Assembly (NCBI GenBank): GCA_035638075.1
Contig: DASRAU010000015.1
Coordinates: 19,609-83,608, forward strand
DNA length: 64,000 nucleotides
Source of the DNA: Verrucomicrobiia bacterium
GTDB lineage: Bacteria > Acidobacteriota > Polarisedimenticolia > Gp22-AA2
Direction of reading: 5' to 3'
Shown here: positions 8,541 to 19,749 of the stretch, in pieces
Numbering within the stretch: position 1 is the stretch's first letter
Layout: the number at the start of each line of letters is the position of its first letter
The notes under the pieces: model-generated
Database searches by the model: none
What the model was told of the DNA's origin: nothing
Seen by the model: only the letters and a program-made list of their open reading frames with translations
Made by a program: the position numbers and the translations under genes

Positions 8541-9536
8541 GTGATCGGCCGGCTGTACCTGCGCGCCGTCCACGCCGGCATCTCATTCCTGGAGGCGCTC
8601 GGGGCCCGCGGCGCCCGCTGGGAGTGGAAGAAGCGAATCTGGCTGCAGGCCGCCGAAGACAAGGTCTCCCAATGGGAGAACGTCGGCCGCGGCGCCCGCA
8701 CGACCCTCCGCATGTGCCGTTCGTGCCGCACCCTCGTCGAGGGAGGGGCGTCGGCCTGTCCGGCCTGCGGCGCCTCGATGAGCGGGGTGCCGCGCGGCGG
8801 CGTGGTACGGGGCGTCAGCCTGCTGTTCCCGGGGAAGCCCTCCGTCAGCGTCATCCTCCTCAGCGCCAACGCCCTTCTGCTGCTCGCGACGGTCGCGGCG
8901 GACGGGACCGGTCTCGGGGCCCTCTGGTCGCCGCGCGGGCAGACCTTGTGGCTCCTGGGCGGGAAATGGGGAGAGTCGATCTTCGGGGCAGGGGAGTGGT
9001 GGCGGCTGGTGACCGCCAACTACCTGCACGGCGGCATCCTGCACCTGGTCTTCAACAGCATGGCGCTCGCGACGCTCGGTCCGCTCATCGAGCAGGCCTT
9101 CGGAGCGCGCCGGCTGTTCGTGATCTACACGCTGGCCGGCATCTGCGGCTTCGGACTGAGCGCCTGGATCCGTCCCGGCTCGCTGAGCATCGGCGCGTCG
9201 GGGGCGATCTACGGGCTTTTGGGCTTCGCCGTGGTGTATGGACGCTTCCGCGCCGGCGCCGGCGCGCGCGCGCTGGCCGATCAGCTCACGCAGTGGCTGC
9301 TGTACGGGCTGATGATGTTCCTCATTCCCGGCATCGACAGCATCGCGCACGTCGGCGGGCTCATCCCCGGAGCCCTGCTCGGCCTGGTCATGGACCCGGG
9401 AGAGCCGCGCACGCGGGCGCGCTCGGTGCTGCTCTGGCTCTTGTTTCTCCTCTGTCTCGGCGTGACGGCCTGGAGCTTCGCCGCCATGCTGCGGACCTAT
9501 CCCGCCCGCGCTGAGGAGTTGAGGCTGAACGCCTAG
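8541..9536 (+). CDS. rhomboid family intramembrane serine protease with N-terminal zinc-ribbon
   Basis: CRSCRTLVEGGASACPACG zinc ribbon. Multiple TM helices. Catalytic GASGAIYGLLG (GxSG) and AHVGG His. The start may instead be the ATG at ~8712. Confidence 0.8.
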   Translation: MIGRLYLRAVHAGISFLEALGARGARWEWKKRIWLQAAEDKVSQWENVGRGARTTLRMCRSCRTLVEGGASACPACGASMSGVPRGGVVRGVSLLFPGKPSVSVILLSANALLLLATVAADGTGLGALWSPRGQTLWLLGGKWGESIFGAGEWWRLVTANYLHGGILHLVFNSMALATLGPLIEQAFGARRLFVIYTLAGICGFGLSAWIRPGSLSIGASGAIYGLLGFAVVYGRFRAGAGARALADQLTQWLLYGLMMFLIPGIDSIAHVGGLIPGALLGLVMDPGEPRTRARSVLLWLLFLLCLGVTAWSFAAMLRTYPARAEELRLNA

Positions 9537-9547
9537 ATCAAGAGGAT

Positions 9548-9623
9548 GGTGCCGCGGGACGGAGTTGAACCGCCGACGCAGGGATTTTCAGTCCCTCGCT
9601 CTACCGACTGAGCTACCGCGGCA
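9548..9623 (-). tRNA. tRNA-Phe (anticodon GAA)
   Basis: The reverse complement gives GCCGCGGUAGCUCAGUCGGUAGAGCGAGGGACUGAAAAUCCCUGCGUCGGCGGUUCAACUCCGUCCCGCGGCACCA. Acceptor stem GCCGCGG/CCGCGGC, anticodon loop CUGAAAA, T-loop GGUUCAACUCC, and an encoded CCA. 76 nt. Confidence 0.9.
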
Positions 9624-9641
9624 CGCTCGGTGAGGCTGTGA

Positions 9642-9667
9642 AGGGGCGGCATCGTAGCAACCCCTTT
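9642..9667. terminator. hairpin between recA 3' end and tRNA-Phe (AAGGGG-N14-CCCCTT)
   Basis: 6-bp GC-rich inverted repeat. No T-run. Plausible recA terminator or processing element. Confidence 0.3.
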
Positions 9668-9704
9668 CCGGGACTGTCAAGAATGACGCGGCGCAGGTCT
9701 TGCG

Positions 9705-10877
<1,173 letters not shown>

Positions 10878-11191
10878 CGTCGGGGGTCCTTTCTCGGTCG
10901 GCGGTTGAGGACGGGCGTTGTCCGATGAGTTTTTCGCCGGTGACTTCTGCCCCGGTAAGTTCAGCGACATGGTAGGTGATTCCTCCGAAGGGTGTCAACG
11001 CGTGTGGACGGGCTCATCGGGGTCGGCGGGAGGGCGGGAACGCAAGGGTCGGGCCATGCGTTTCTCAGGTCCGGAATAATCCGACGCGGCCTTCCGACGA
11101 AATCGTGATCGCGGATTCAGGCCGGAATTCCGGCCGGATTCTTGACGGGATCCGGGGGCCGCGATATCTTTCTCGGACGCTGCGTCCGCCG

Positions 11192-13501
11192 ATGGACGCC
11201 GCGCACCGTTCAAGGACGAGAGTGACCGAACGCACGGCGCTTCTCCTCATTCCCGCAGTGCTCCTCTCGCTCCAGGCGTGCGCCTCGAGCGGCGGACCGG
11301 CTCCGGTGACCAGCACCGCTCCGGCGGGGGCATCGGCGCCGCAGCCGCCGGCGGCGAAGCACGTCGAGACCGGCAGCCGCTCGAAGGAGGCCCAGAAGAA
11401 CGCCGAGGCCCAGCCCCCCGTGCCCCCGGATGAGCCGCAGTTGCCGCGCCACGACTCCCCGCGCGAGAGCGCGCCCCCGTCCGGAACGCGTGAGACGACG
11501 CCCGATCGCGGCCGTGAGTCGCTCCCCGAGGACATCCAGAAAATCAAAGAAGGAATGGACGAGGCATACCAGGTCGGCCTCGAGGCCTACCAGGCGGGCC
11601 GCTTCCAGGAGGCGAAGGAAGGCTTCGACAAGGCCGTGGACATCGTTTTGTCGAGCGGCCTCGACCTCGATCAGTACCCGGGGCTGCGCGCCGCGTTCGA
11701 CGACATGGTCGCCGACATCAGCGACCTCGACGCCGACCTCTATCGCCAGGACGCGCCTCAGGATGGCGGCGAAAACTCTTCCCCGCTCGACTCCCTCAAG
11801 GACATCACCACCTTCCTGAGCCCCGAGGAGGCCGAGCGTGAGCGCGAGAAAATCCAGAAGGTGGTCGGGGCGATCTCCTACGACATCCCGATCACGCTGA
11901 ACCCGAAGGTCCTCGGCTTCATCGAGGCGTTCCAGACGCGCATCCGCCGCGAGTTCGAGGCGGGGCTGCAGCGCTCCGGCGGCTTCCTGCCGATGATCAA
12001 GGCGATCTTCCGCGAAGAGGGGCTGCCGGAAGACCTGGCCTACATGGCGCACCAGGAGTCGGCGTTCAAGAGCAGCGCCTACTCGCGCGCCCGCGCCAAG
12101 GGCATGTGGCAGTTCATGTCGTTCACCGGGAAGAAGTACGGCCTGCGCATCGACGCCTGGGTGGACGAGCGCTCCGACTTCGAGAAGGCGACGCGCGCCG
12201 CCGCCCGGTACCTCAAGGATCTGCACGAGCGCTACGACGACTGGTACCTGGCGATGGCCGCGTACAACGCCGGCGAAGGGAAGATCGACCGCGCCATCGC
12301 GCGGGCGCGCACCCGCGACTTCTGGGCCATCTCCAAGACCAAGTACATCCGCGCCGAGACCAAGTCGTACGTGCCGGCGATCCTCGCGTCGATCCTGATC
12401 GACAAGTCGCCGGAGGACTACGGCTTCAACGTCGATCTCGACCCGCAGCTGCAGTGGGAGCGCGTGGAGATCGACCAGCCCACCGACCTGCAGGTGATCG
12501 CCGACGGGTGCTCGAACGAGCTGGAGAAGATCCGCTTCCTGAACCCCGAGCTGCGCGGGCTGGTGACGCCGCCGAACGTCGGCACCTACTCGGCGCGCGT
12601 CCCGGTCGGGAAAAAGGAAGCCGTGCTGGCGCACCTGACCACCGTCCCGGCGGAGAAGCGCGTGTCGTGGACGGTGCACGAGGTGCGCAGCAACGGCGAG
12701 ACCTTCACCACCGTGGCGCGGCGCTACAAGGTGCCGGTGCGGACGCTCATCGACGCCAACCCGCGTTACGCCGGCAAGCGGCTGCGCCACGGGACGCTCC
12801 TGAACGTGCCGCTCGTCGCGGGCGTGCCGGTGCAGGCCGCCGCCGCCGTCGACCGCCCCACCTACGAGTCGGGCGAGCGCGTCGTCCACCGCGTGCGCAA
12901 GGGAGACACGCTCCAGGCCGTGGCCGGCCAGTACCGCACCACCGTCGCCAACCTGAAGCGCTGGAACCGGCTGGGGAACAGCGTCATCCACCCGGGGCAG
13001 CGGATCGTCGCCTACTACGGTGAAAAGGGGGACGGCCCGAATCTGGACGTCGATCCCTCCACGCCGGCGCAGGTGGCCGGCGGGCGTCTCGAGTACCGGG
13101 TGCAGCAGGGAGACACCCTCAATTCGATCTCCCGGAAGTTCAGCGCCTCGGTCCAGGACCTGCTCCGCTGGAACAACCTGAACCAGGCCAGCGTCATCCA
13201 CCCGGGGGACCGCATCTGGGTGGGCGACCCTTCGCCCGCGAGCGCGCCCCAGGGCGTGTCGGAGCGCGGGGCAGCCCCGTCGGGCGGCGCGACGACCCTC
13301 GCTTCGGCCGCGGCGCCGCCCTCGTCACCGGCGACCGCTTCGGATGCGTCCTCGACCGTGACCTACAAGGTGCGCAAGGGGGATACGCTCCACAGCATCG
13401 CGCGTCTCTACGACGTGACCGTGAGCCAGGTCAGGTCGTGGAACGGTCTCAATGAGGCGGGCGTGATCGTCCCCGGGCAGGTTCTCCGCATCCAGCGGTA
13501 G
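11192..13501 (+). CDS. mltD: membrane-bound lytic murein transglycosylase D-like (SLT domain + 3 LysM)
   Basis: Lipoprotein signal ending LSLQAC. SLT motif AHQESAFKSSAYSRARAKGMWQFM. Three LysM repeats (YRVRKGDTLQAVAGQY, YRVQQGDTLNSISRKF, YKVRKGDTLHSIARLY). The listed ORF 10976 carries a spurious N-terminal extension. Confidence 0.85.
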   Translation: MDAAHRSRTRVTERTALLLIPAVLLSLQACASSGGPAPVTSTAPAGASAPQPPAAKHVETGSRSKEAQKNAEAQPPVPPDEPQLPRHDSPRESAPPSGTRETTPDRGRESLPEDIQKIKEGMDEAYQVGLEAYQAGRFQEAKEGFDKAVDIVLSSGLDLDQYPGLRAAFDDMVADISDLDADLYRQDAPQDGGENSSPLDSLKDITTFLSPEEAEREREKIQKVVGAISYDIPITLNPKVLGFIEAFQTRIRREFEAGLQRSGGFLPMIKAIFREEGLPEDLAYMAHQESAFKSSAYSRARAKGMWQFMSFTGKKYGLRIDAWVDERSDFEKATRAAARYLKDLHERYDDWYLAMAAYNAGEGKIDRAIARARTRDFWAISKTKYIRAETKSYVPAILASILIDKSPEDYGFNVDLDPQLQWERVEIDQPTDLQVIADGCSNELEKIRFLNPELRGLVTPPNVGTYSARVPVGKKEAVLAHLTTVPAEKRVSWTVHEVRSNGETFTTVARRYKVPVRTLIDANPRYAGKRLRHGTLLNVPLVAGVPVQAAAAVDRPTYESGERVVHRVRKGDTLQAVAGQYRTTVANLKRWNRLGNSVIHPGQRIVAYYGEKGDGPNLDVDPSTPAQVAGGRLEYRVQQGDTLNSISRKFSASVQDLLRWNNLNQASVIHPGDRIWVGDPSPASAPQGVSERGAAPSGGATTLASAAAPPSSPATASDASSTVTYKVRKGDTLHSIARLYDVTVSQVRSWNGLNEAGVIVPGQVLRIQR

Positions 13502-13694
13502 CTCACAGACGACAGCGACGCGCGTGAAGGCCTGCGCCATGTGCGCAGTCGCTCCGTTCCCGCCGGCCGTGGCCCCATCCGCTACGAGGCCTACACCTTC
13601 CTCGGGGGCGAACCGCGGCGCCTCCCGGGAGATTCGCTGAAGAGGGCTCGCGGCGCGGCCTGCGGGCTCACGGGGTCCGTTCGTCCCTGCTAAG

Positions 13695-14783
13695 ATGTTC
13701 GGCTCCATGACGGCGCGACGTGTCCGGTCTGGTGCGGCGGCTCTCCTGATGCTGCTCGCGACGGGGTGTGCGGGAGGCTCGTCGGGAGGGAAGGAGAAGG
13801 TCGACGGGGCGGAGGCGCTGGCGGCGGCGCTCGACCATGGCGAGGCGGCGTTCAAGGACGGCGAGTACGTCGAGGCGGAGAAGGCGTTCGCCGAGGCCCG
13901 CCGGCTGCAGCCCGACAACGCCCGGGCGGTGGTGGCCGGCGCCACCTGCCTGCTGAAGACGCACCATGTCAAGGCGGCCCACGATCTGCTCACGTCGTAC
14001 CTGTCCGCCCACCCCGGGGACGCTGCGGCGCGGCTGACGCTGGCGCGCACCTACCTCCGCGAGGCCGATTTCGATGCGGCGGCGGTGGAGCTGCGCAAGG
14101 TGCGCGAGGCCGACCCGAAGAACCTGCTGGCGCTCTACAACCTCGGGTTCATCGCCTATCGCAATGGCCAGTACGACGAGGCGGAGCGCGCGCTGAAGGA
14201 CGCCATCCAGGTGCGCCCCGAGCACCCCGAGGCGCACTACACGCTGGGGCTCACTTACCTGGCGCAGGGGCGCAGCGCCGAGGCGGCGGCCGAGCTGCAG
14301 GAGACGGCGCGCCTCGATCCAAATCACGTCGGCGCCCACTTCAACCTGGCGCGCGCCGCCGCGCTGTCCGGGAACACCGCGCTCGCGAACACCGAGCGGC
14401 AGACGTTCGCATCCCTGAGCGGCAAGTCGAAGGCGGAGACGGAGCGCTCCGAGCAGGTGAAGGCGCAGAGCCTCAAGGCGGTGCAGGCGCTGATGGCCGA
14501 GGACTTCGAGGGGGCGCTCAGGGAGTACCGGGCGCTGCTGGTCCGCTATCCCGATCACGCTCCGCTCTACAACGACATCGGCCGCGTGCAGCTGCGGCTC
14601 GGGAGGCGCGACGAGGCGCTCGTGTCGCTCAAGAAGGCGGCGGAGCTCGATCCGCGCCTGAGCGAGCCGCATTACCTGCTCTCCAATCTCTACCGCGAGC
14701 GCGGGGACCAGGCGTCGGCCGATCGCGAGCTGCGCACCTTTGCGACTCTCGAGACGATTCCGGAAGGGAAGTCGGGGTACTGA
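13695..14783 (+). CDS. TPR-repeat lipoprotein
   Basis: Lipobox LLATGC, then successive 34-aa TPR-like repeats (e.g. AHYTLGLTYLAQGRSAEAAAELQETARLDPNH). The stop overlaps the next start (TGATG). Confidence 0.75.
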   Translation: MFGSMTARRVRSGAAALLMLLATGCAGGSSGGKEKVDGAEALAAALDHGEAAFKDGEYVEAEKAFAEARRLQPDNARAVVAGATCLLKTHHVKAAHDLLTSYLSAHPGDAAARLTLARTYLREADFDAAAVELRKVREADPKNLLALYNLGFIAYRNGQYDEAERALKDAIQVRPEHPEAHYTLGLTYLAQGRSAEAAAELQETARLDPNHVGAHFNLARAAALSGNTALANTERQTFASLSGKSKAETERSEQVKAQSLKAVQALMAEDFEGALREYRALLVRYPDHAPLYNDIGRVQLRLGRRDEALVSLKKAAELDPRLSEPHYLLSNLYRERGDQASADRELRTFATLETIPEGKSGY

Positions 14784-16579
14784 TGCGCGGCCTGCGGTTC
14801 ACGGGGGCGGTGCTCGTCGCGCTGGCGGTTTTCGGCGTGACGTGGCACGGGTTCGCCGCCGCTCCCGGCGCCGGAGCCGCGGCAGCGGCTCCGGCGGGGA
14901 CGAAACCCGAGGTCGCGGCCGCGGCGGCGGTGCGCTACACGGACGTGACGAAGGCGGCGGGGATCGATTTCGTGCACCAGCATGGCGGGCAGGGGCGCAA
15001 GTACTACATCGAGACGACCGCGGCCGGCCTGTGCTTTTTCGACGCGGACGGGGACGGCCGGCAGGACCTGTACTTCGTCCAGTCGGGCCCGCTCCCCGGG
15101 ACGCCGCGACCGCCGGGCACGCCGCTGGCGCGTCTCTACCGCAACCGCGGCGACGGCACCTTCGAGGACATCACGGTGAAGGCCGGCGTGTCCAACCGGA
15201 CCGGCTACGGCTCCGGCTGCACGGCGGCGGATTACGACCAGGACGGCGACGTCGATCTCTACGTCACCAACTTCGGGCCGTCGGTCCTGTACCGGAACAA
15301 CGGCGACGGCACCTTCACCGACGTGACCGCGGCGGCCGGGGTGCGCAACGGCCTGTACGCGGCGAGCGCGGCCTGGGCCGACTACGACCTCGACGGCCGG
15401 CCCGACCTGTACGTCGCCAACTACGTCGACTTCACCATGAACGACCAGAAGTACTGCGGCAACCTGCAGGAGAAGCGGCGCTCCTACTGCCATCCGGACG
15501 CCTACGAGGGGTTGCCGGACATCCTCTATCACAACGAGGGGAACGGGAAGTTCCGCGACGTGACGAAGACCGCCGGCATCGGCGATCCGAACGGCAAGAG
15601 CCTCGGGGTCGTCTGGTTCGATTTCGATCGCGACGGTGACGACGACCTCTACGTCGCCAACGACGCGACGCCGAATGTCCTGTACCGCAACGATGGCGGG
15701 ACATTCACCGACGTGACGCTGGTCTCGGGGACCTGCTGCAGCGAGGACGGCCGGCCGCAGTCGGGCATGGGGGTGGACGCCGCCGACGCCGACGGCGACG
15801 GCTGGCAGGACCTGTTCGTCACGAATCTGAGCAACGAGCCGAACGAGCTGTACCGCAACCTCGACGGGAAGGGACCCTTCGCGACCGTCACATACGGGGT
15901 CGGGCTCGGCGAGCCGAGCCTGCTCGCGACGGGGTGGGGGACGGGACTCTACGACTACGACAACGACGGCGACCTCGACATCGTCGTCTCCAACGGCCAT
16001 CCGATGGACGACATCCACGTCGTGAGCGACCTGCTCACCTACGAGCAGAAGCCGGCGCTGTACCGCAATGACGGACGCGGCCGCTTCCAGGAGATCGGCA
16101 CCGCGGCGGGGGACGTCTTCGGCATCCCCGACGTCGGGCGCGGGCTCGCCATCGCCGACTACGACGACGACGGCGACCTCGACATCGCGCTCAACCCGAA
16201 CAACCGGCCGGGGCACCTGTGGCGCAACGACGGCGGGTCGGTGGCGGGGCACTGGATCTCCCTCAAGCTCGTGGGCACGCGGTCGAACAAGGACGCGCTC
16301 GGCGCCTTCGTGACGCTCACTGCCGGCGGACGCAGGCAGGTGCGCGAGGTGCGCAGCGCCTCGTCCTACATGTCGCAGAACGACATGCGGCTGCATTTCG
16401 GCCTCGGCGCCGCGACCAAGGTGGACGCGATCGAAATCCGCTGGCCGAGCAAGACGAAGACGGTCGAGACGATCGGAGCGCAGGAGGCGGACCGGTTCCT
16501 GGTGATTCGCGAGGGGGCCGGGGTGGTGGCTGCGTTGCGCCCGGGCGAAGCGAAACCGAGCGGGGGGGCGAGGCGATGA
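14783..16579 (+). CDS. CRTAC1/ASPIC-UnbV family protein with FG-GAP/VCBS repeats
   Basis: Signal peptide. Repeated D.D.DG..DL(Y/F)V.N motifs (DADGDGRQDLYF, DYDQDGDVDLYVTN, DYDLDGRPDLYVAN, DFDRDGDDDLYVAN), then an UnbV_ASPIC-like C-terminus (RWPSKTKTVET). True start MRGLRFTG at 14783, inside listed ORF 13766. Confidence 0.8.
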   Translation: MRGLRFTGAVLVALAVFGVTWHGFAAAPGAGAAAAAPAGTKPEVAAAAAVRYTDVTKAAGIDFVHQHGGQGRKYYIETTAAGLCFFDADGDGRQDLYFVQSGPLPGTPRPPGTPLARLYRNRGDGTFEDITVKAGVSNRTGYGSGCTAADYDQDGDVDLYVTNFGPSVLYRNNGDGTFTDVTAAAGVRNGLYAASAAWADYDLDGRPDLYVANYVDFTMNDQKYCGNLQEKRRSYCHPDAYEGLPDILYHNEGNGKFRDVTKTAGIGDPNGKSLGVVWFDFDRDGDDDLYVANDATPNVLYRNDGGTFTDVTLVSGTCCSEDGRPQSGMGVDAADADGDGWQDLFVTNLSNEPNELYRNLDGKGPFATVTYGVGLGEPSLLATGWGTGLYDYDNDGDLDIVVSNGHPMDDIHVVSDLLTYEQKPALYRNDGRGRFQEIGTAAGDVFGIPDVGRGLAIADYDDDGDLDIALNPNNRPGHLWRNDGGSVAGHWISLKLVGTRSNKDALGAFVTLTAGGRRQVREVRSASSYMSQNDMRLHFGLGAATKVDAIEIRWPSKTKTVETIGAQEADRFLVIREGAGVVAALRPGEAKPSGGARR

Positions 16580-17451
16580 CACAGGAGCGCGGCGGTTCGG
16601 GCCCGGGGACGGTCGGCCGGGTGGCGCTTCTCGGCGTCCCGCTCGACGAGAACTCCTCGATGCTCCGCGGTCCGGCGCAGGCGCCGGGGCGCGTCCGCGA
16701 GGTGCTCTTCTCCGGATCGTCGAGCGACTGCGCCGAGGACGGGACGCGGGTCATCGGCGGCTGCCTCCAGGATGCCGGTGACGTGTCGCCCGGGACGGGA
16801 GAGCAGGCGATGCAGGAGATCGAGCGGCGCGCCGCCGACCTCCTGGATGAGGGATCGCTCCTGATGGCCGTCGGCGGCGATCACTCCATCACCTGGCCGC
16901 TCGTGCGGGCCCACGCAGGACGCTACCCCGGTCTCGCCATCCTGCAGTTCGACGCGCACCCGGACCTGTACGACGACTTCGAGGGGAACCGCCTGTCGCA
17001 CGCCAGCCCGCTCGCCCGCGTCATGGAAGCCGGGCTCGCGCAGCGGCTGGTGCAGGTCGGCATCCGCTCCACCAACCCGCACCTGCGCGAGCAGGTCGAC
17101 CGGTTCAAGGTCGAGCAGGTGACGATGCGCGAGTTCAGCCCCGAAACGGTTCACGATTTCGGGTCGGCGCCGGTCTACGTGACCCTCGACCTCGACGCGC
17201 TCGACCCGGCCTTCGCCCCCGGCGTGTCGCACCACGAGCCGGGGGGATTGAGCGTCCGGGAGGTGCTGCACGTGCTGGATCGGACGCGGGGAAGGATCGT
17301 CGGGGCGGACATCGTCGAGCTGAATCCGCTGCGGGATCCTCTCGGAGTCACCGCCGCCGTCGCCGCCAAGCTCGTCAAGGAGCTGGCCGCCCGCATGGCG
17401 CGCGACGCGGGCGCGACGCCGGCTCAGCCCAGGAGCAAAGACAGGAACTGA
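16576..17451 (+). CDS. speB: ureohydrolase family protein (agmatinase/arginase-like)
   Basis: GGDHSIT, DAHPD and DLDALDPAFAPGVSHHEPGGL are the Mn-binding motifs of the arginase/agmatinase family. ATG at 16576 overlaps the previous stop. Confidence 0.75.
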   Translation: MTQERGGSGPGTVGRVALLGVPLDENSSMLRGPAQAPGRVREVLFSGSSSDCAEDGTRVIGGCLQDAGDVSPGTGEQAMQEIERRAADLLDEGSLLMAVGGDHSITWPLVRAHAGRYPGLAILQFDAHPDLYDDFEGNRLSHASPLARVMEAGLAQRLVQVGIRSTNPHLREQVDRFKVEQVTMREFSPETVHDFGSAPVYVTLDLDALDPAFAPGVSHHEPGGLSVREVLHVLDRTRGRIVGADIVELNPLRDPLGVTAAVAAKLVKELAARMARDAGATPAQPRSKDRN

Positions 17452-18203
17452 CGGGTGCGCGCCGTCTTCGGGCGCTCCAGCACCTCCGACGGCGGGCCGT
17501 CCTCGAGGATGGCGCCGTGGTCGAGGACGAGCACCCGGTCGGCGGCGCGCCGCGCGAAGCCGATCTCGTGCGTCACCATCATCAGGGTGATGCCGTCGCG
17601 GCGCAGGTCCTCGACGACCGCCAGGACCTCCCCCTTCAGCTCGGGGTCGAGGGCGCTGGTGATCTCATCGCACAAAAGGCCCCGCGGGTGCATGGCCAGC
17701 GCCCGGGCAATGGCGACCCGCTGCTTCTGGCCGCCCGAAAGGGCGCGCGGATAGGCATCGCGGCGCTGCAGAAGGCCCACCCGGTCGAGGAGCCGCGTCG
17801 CCTCGGCGCGCGCCTCGTCCATGCTCTTCCCCAGCACGCGCACCGGCGCCTCGACGAGGTTCTCGATCGCCGTCAGGTGCGGGAACAGCTGGAAGTCCTG
17901 GAAGATCATCCCGAGGAGCCTCCGGATCTGCTGCGCCGCCGCCCGGTTCGTCCCTTCGACGGGTCCGGGGCCGATCCGGTGCGGGCCGACCTTCACTTCG
18001 CCGCCTTCGAACGCCGTCAGCCCGTTGAGACAGCGCAGGAGCGTGGATTTGCCGCCACCGCTCGGCCCGATCAGCGCCACGGTGCTGCCGGCGGCGATCG
18101 AGAGGGTCAGCCCGTCGAGGATGGTGTGCCCGTCGTACACCTTCCTGAGACCGGAGAAGGCCAGCTCGATACCCGGGTTGCCGTTCGCGCCGGGGCCGCT
18201 CAC
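17424..18203 (-). CDS. amino-acid ABC transporter ATP-binding protein (GlnQ/HisP-like)
   Basis: Walker A GPSGGGKST, signature LSGGQKQRVAIARA, Walker B LLCDEITSALD. GTG start overlaps the upstream permease stop (GTGA). Listed ORF 17424..18938 includes a spurious extension. Confidence 0.85.
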   Translation of the reverse strand: MSGPGANGNPGIELAFSGLRKVYDGHTILDGLTLSIAAGSTVALIGPSGGGKSTLLRCLNGLTAFEGGEVKVGPHRIGPGPVEGTNRAAAQQIRRLLGMIFQDFQLFPHLTAIENLVEAPVRVLGKSMDEARAEATRLLDRVGLLQRRDAYPRALSGGQKQRVAIARALAMHPRGLLCDEITSALDPELKGEVLAVVEDLRRDGITLMMVTHEIGFARRAADRVLVLDHGAILEDGPPSEVLERPKTARTRQFLSLLLG

Positions 18204-19732
18204 AGGATGCCCCGTCCCCAGAGACGCTCCAGCCGGCGCGACAGGAACCCCAGCGGCACCGACATGACGAGATACAGCGCCGCGGTCAGCAGTCCGATCT
18301 CGAGGTACTTCATGCTCGACTTCGACAGGATCTGGTACTGCTTCGACAGCTCGACCACCGCGATGGTCGAGACGATGCTGGTGTCCTTGAAGAGCGCCAC
18401 GAAGTCGCCGGTCATCGGCGGCAGGATGGTGCGCACCGCCTGCGGCAGGATGATGCGCCGGAAGGCGAGCCAGCCGGTCATCCCGAGCGACGCCGCCGCC
18501 TCCCACTGGCCGTACGGCACGGCGCTGATCCCGGCGCGGTAGATCTCCGCCTCGTACGCGGCGTAGTTCAGGCCGAGCCCGAGGATGGCCGCCTGGAGGG
18601 GGTCGAGCCGGAAGGCGCTGCCGAGGCCGGTGGCGGTCGAGAGGTCGGCCAGGCCGTAGTAGAGAACGTAGAGGAGCAGCAGCACCGGGATGCCGCGGAA
18701 GAACTCGACGTACACGATGGCGGCCCACCGCATGGGGGCGGGCCCGTAGAGGCGCATGCAGGCGACGGGCAGCCCGAGCAGGATGGCGAACCCGAACGAA
18801 ACGAAGGCCAGGAAGACGGTCAGCCACGCGCCGCGCAGCAGGAGCGGGAAGTAGCGGTCGAAGGTCCACGCTTTGCGCGAGGCGGAGAGGATGTCGCCGC
18901 TGCCGACCTGGCCGAGGGCCGCCTGCTCGTCGTCCCACAGGTTCCAGCGTTCGAGGATGGCGCGCAGGCGCCCGTCGCGGATCAGCGCGTCGAGCGCCGC
19001 GTCGACGCGCCGCTTCAGCGCTTCGTTTCCTTTCTGGAACATGATGGCGTACGTGCCGCGCGCCACCGGGGTCCCCGCGAACTCGAGGTCGGGGTTCGGC
19101 TTCGCGTAATAAATGGCGATCGGCAGGTCGAGCAGCACCGCGTCGATGCGGCCGAGGACGAGGTCGCGGTACGGCTCGACCACCCCGTCGTACATCGTCG
19201 CCCGGATGCCACGGTCGTGCAGGAGCCGGTCGGCGGCGGTGTCCTCGAGCGTGCCGACGGTGCAGTCGATCTTCAGGCAGCCGTCGAGGTCCCGCAGGCG
19301 CGTCTCGCCTTTGCGCACCACGAGCTGCTCGCGGAAGACGTAGTAGGGGATGCTGAACAGGACCTTCTCGGCCCGGTCAGGGGTGACCTCGAGGCCATTC
19401 ATGCCGAAATCGAAGTCGCCGCGCTGCAGGCCGAGGATCAGGCTGGAGTAGGCGTACTGCTGCACGACGATCGGCTGGCCGAGCTCCTTCTGGATCTCGT
19501 CGACGATCTCCACCTCGAACCCGATGTTGTGGTTCGGGTCCTTGGGGTCCTTGAAGATGTAGGGCGCGCCGCCTTCGGCGTCGGTGCCCCACAGCAGCGG
19601 GCGCGCCGAGGCGGCGTCCTGCGCGGCGTGGATCGGGTGCGTCGCGGAAAGCGCGAGCGCCGCGAGGAGCATCGGGACGGGGGCGCCGCGCATCAGGGGC
19701 GTCTTATATCCCGGCGCGCGGCAGGGGAGCAA
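18200..19732 (-). CDS. fused periplasmic substrate-binding domain / permease of polar amino-acid ABC transporter
   Basis: N-terminal signal peptide and PBPb-like domain (GFEVEIVDEI...LGLQRGDFDFGMNGL), followed by a HisM/GlnP-type permease carrying an EAA-like loop (AAYEAEIYRAGISAVPYGQWEAAASLG). Confidence 0.8.
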   Translation of the reverse strand: MLPCRAPGYKTPLMRGAPVPMLLAALALSATHPIHAAQDAASARPLLWGTDAEGGAPYIFKDPKDPNHNIGFEVEIVDEIQKELGQPIVVQQYAYSSLILGLQRGDFDFGMNGLEVTPDRAEKVLFSIPYYVFREQLVVRKGETRLRDLDGCLKIDCTVGTLEDTAADRLLHDRGIRATMYDGVVEPYRDLVLGRIDAVLLDLPIAIYYAKPNPDLEFAGTPVARGTYAIMFQKGNEALKRRVDAALDALIRDGRLRAILERWNLWDDEQAALGQVGSGDILSASRKAWTFDRYFPLLLRGAWLTVFLAFVSFGFAILLGLPVACMRLYGPAPMRWAAIVYVEFFRGIPVLLLLYVLYYGLADLSTATGLGSAFRLDPLQAAILGLGLNYAAYEAEIYRAGISAVPYGQWEAAASLGMTGWLAFRRIILPQAVRTILPPMTGDFVALFKDTSIVSTIAVVELSKQYQILSKSSMKYLEIGLLTAALYLVMSVPLGFLSRRLERLWGRGIL

Positions 19733-19749
19733 CAGCGCGCTTCGCGGAT

